Positions 63,439 to 64,000 of a DNA stretch of 64,000 nucleotides are shown piece by piece; positions within the stretch are counted from its first letter, which is position 1; each line of letters opens with the position of its first letter. The DNA is from an uncultured delta proteobacterium (GTDB lineage: Bacteria > Desulfobacterota > Zymogenia > Zymogenales > Zymogenaceae). A model generated the notes under the pieces. That model had not been told where the DNA came from and ran no database searches. It was given only the letters and a program-made list of their open reading frames with translations. The stretch spans positions 672,001 to 736,000 of the forward strand of contig CAVTLK010000005.1 in assembly GCA_963735595.1 (NCBI GenBank), read 5' to 3'. A program made the translations under genes and the position numbers.

Positions 63439-63644
63439 TGGGATTCACGAAAGAACAGCTGGGTGCCGTGGAGGCCGAGATCGCTTCCCTTAAGGCCGGC
63501 ACCTTTTCAATAGGCCAGCTGAGCGTTGACCAGGAAAAGACTCTGGCCGCGCTCATCCGTCTGCGGGAGGTCATGATGGCCGATCTGGCCGGCAGCGAAG
63601 GGATAAGGTTTGGCAGGGCCATGATCGACGGAATGGACAGGTAG
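63438..63644 (+). CDS. Putative head-completion protein (lambda gpW-like)
   Basis: 68 aa with a helix / beta-hairpin / helix pattern: FTKEQL.AVEAEIASL..TFSIG..SV....LAAL..LR..M.A.L. Confidence 0.55.
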   Translation: MGFTKEQLGAVEAEIASLKAGTFSIGQLSVDQEKTLAALIRLREVMMADLAGSEGIRFGRAMIDGMDR

Positions 63645-63740
63645 CAATAACGAATTGAAAGATGATCGGTCCATTTGGTTGCATGGTCGTCGTTTAGACG
63701 GCACCTGTAAGGGCTCGAGTGCGTTGGTAGTTTCTAAGCT

Positions 63741-63778
63741 GGGCGTCCGGAATCTTATACGCCGGAGGCCCGTTTTTT
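63741..63778 (+). terminator. Probable intrinsic terminator closing the capsid operon
   Basis: GGGCGTCCGG...CCGGAGGCCC imperfect stem followed by GTTTTTT. Confidence 0.55.
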
Positions 63779-63927
63779 AAGTTCCGTTTTATGCATCCGG
63801 ACTACCTGTACTGTGACCCTTGGGTCGCCCGGATGGTTAGATGTCGTGGATTGAATGAAGTTACCGTAGCGAAACAAGTTAAGGAGGCATCGACATACCA
63901 AACGGCCCAAGAGCTGGAATATTTCTT

Positions 63928-63957
63928 TTGACAGGAAGCTGACGGGGAACCTATAAT
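63928..63957 (+). promoter_or_regulatory. Consensus sigma70 promoter for the next gene (ATG at 63991)
   Basis: TTGACA-18 nt-TATAAT. Confidence 0.75.
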
Positions 63958-64000
63958 ACTATCTAATTGTATTTATTGGGTGGTAACACAATGAAACGGG

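Noticed and set aside
38703..63644. One contiguous intact 25-kb prophage
   Set aside because: The interval contains core purF/purB and other host genes. No integrase, att repeats, replication, tail or lysis genes are seen.
1..64000. tRNA, rRNA or tmRNA genes
   Set aside because: None recognised by eye. A tRNAscan-SE/Infernal run would be needed to exclude them formally.

Overview
Bacterial chromosomal window. It is most consistent with an anaerobic diderm, possibly Desulfobacterota-like; this is inferred from LptD, a VOR subunit, V4R proteins, an ADP-forming CoA ligase and MglA-like and MJ0042-like proteins. Most genes are housekeeping or metabolic: vorB-like, three tandem CoA-transferase-GNAT fusions, tilS, hisI, lptD, amidase, arsM, gltX, purF and purB. 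There is also a RAYT/Y1 transposase with REP hairpins. Several genes, including the essential gltX, carry single-base frameshifts that look like assembly errors. The standout signal is a phage head-assembly gene set split into two self-contained operons about 19 kb apart, with core genes (purF, purB) between them. Module A (38.7-41.9 kb) encodes an HTH protein, a TerS-like ORF, TerL, a small ORF and portal. Module B (60.9-63.6 kb) encodes scaffold, decoration protein, major capsid protein, a small ORF and a gpW-like head-completion protein. Both leaders share a TCATATTCTnnATAG motif. An orphan lambda-like divergent switch (57.1-57.3 kb) with 17-bp operators controls a paralog of the HTH gene that leads module A. 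No integrase, replication, tail or lysis genes are visible in the window. This is a candidate domesticated gene-transfer-agent-like (or tail-less capsid) system. All product calls come from motif recognition by eye; no database search was run.
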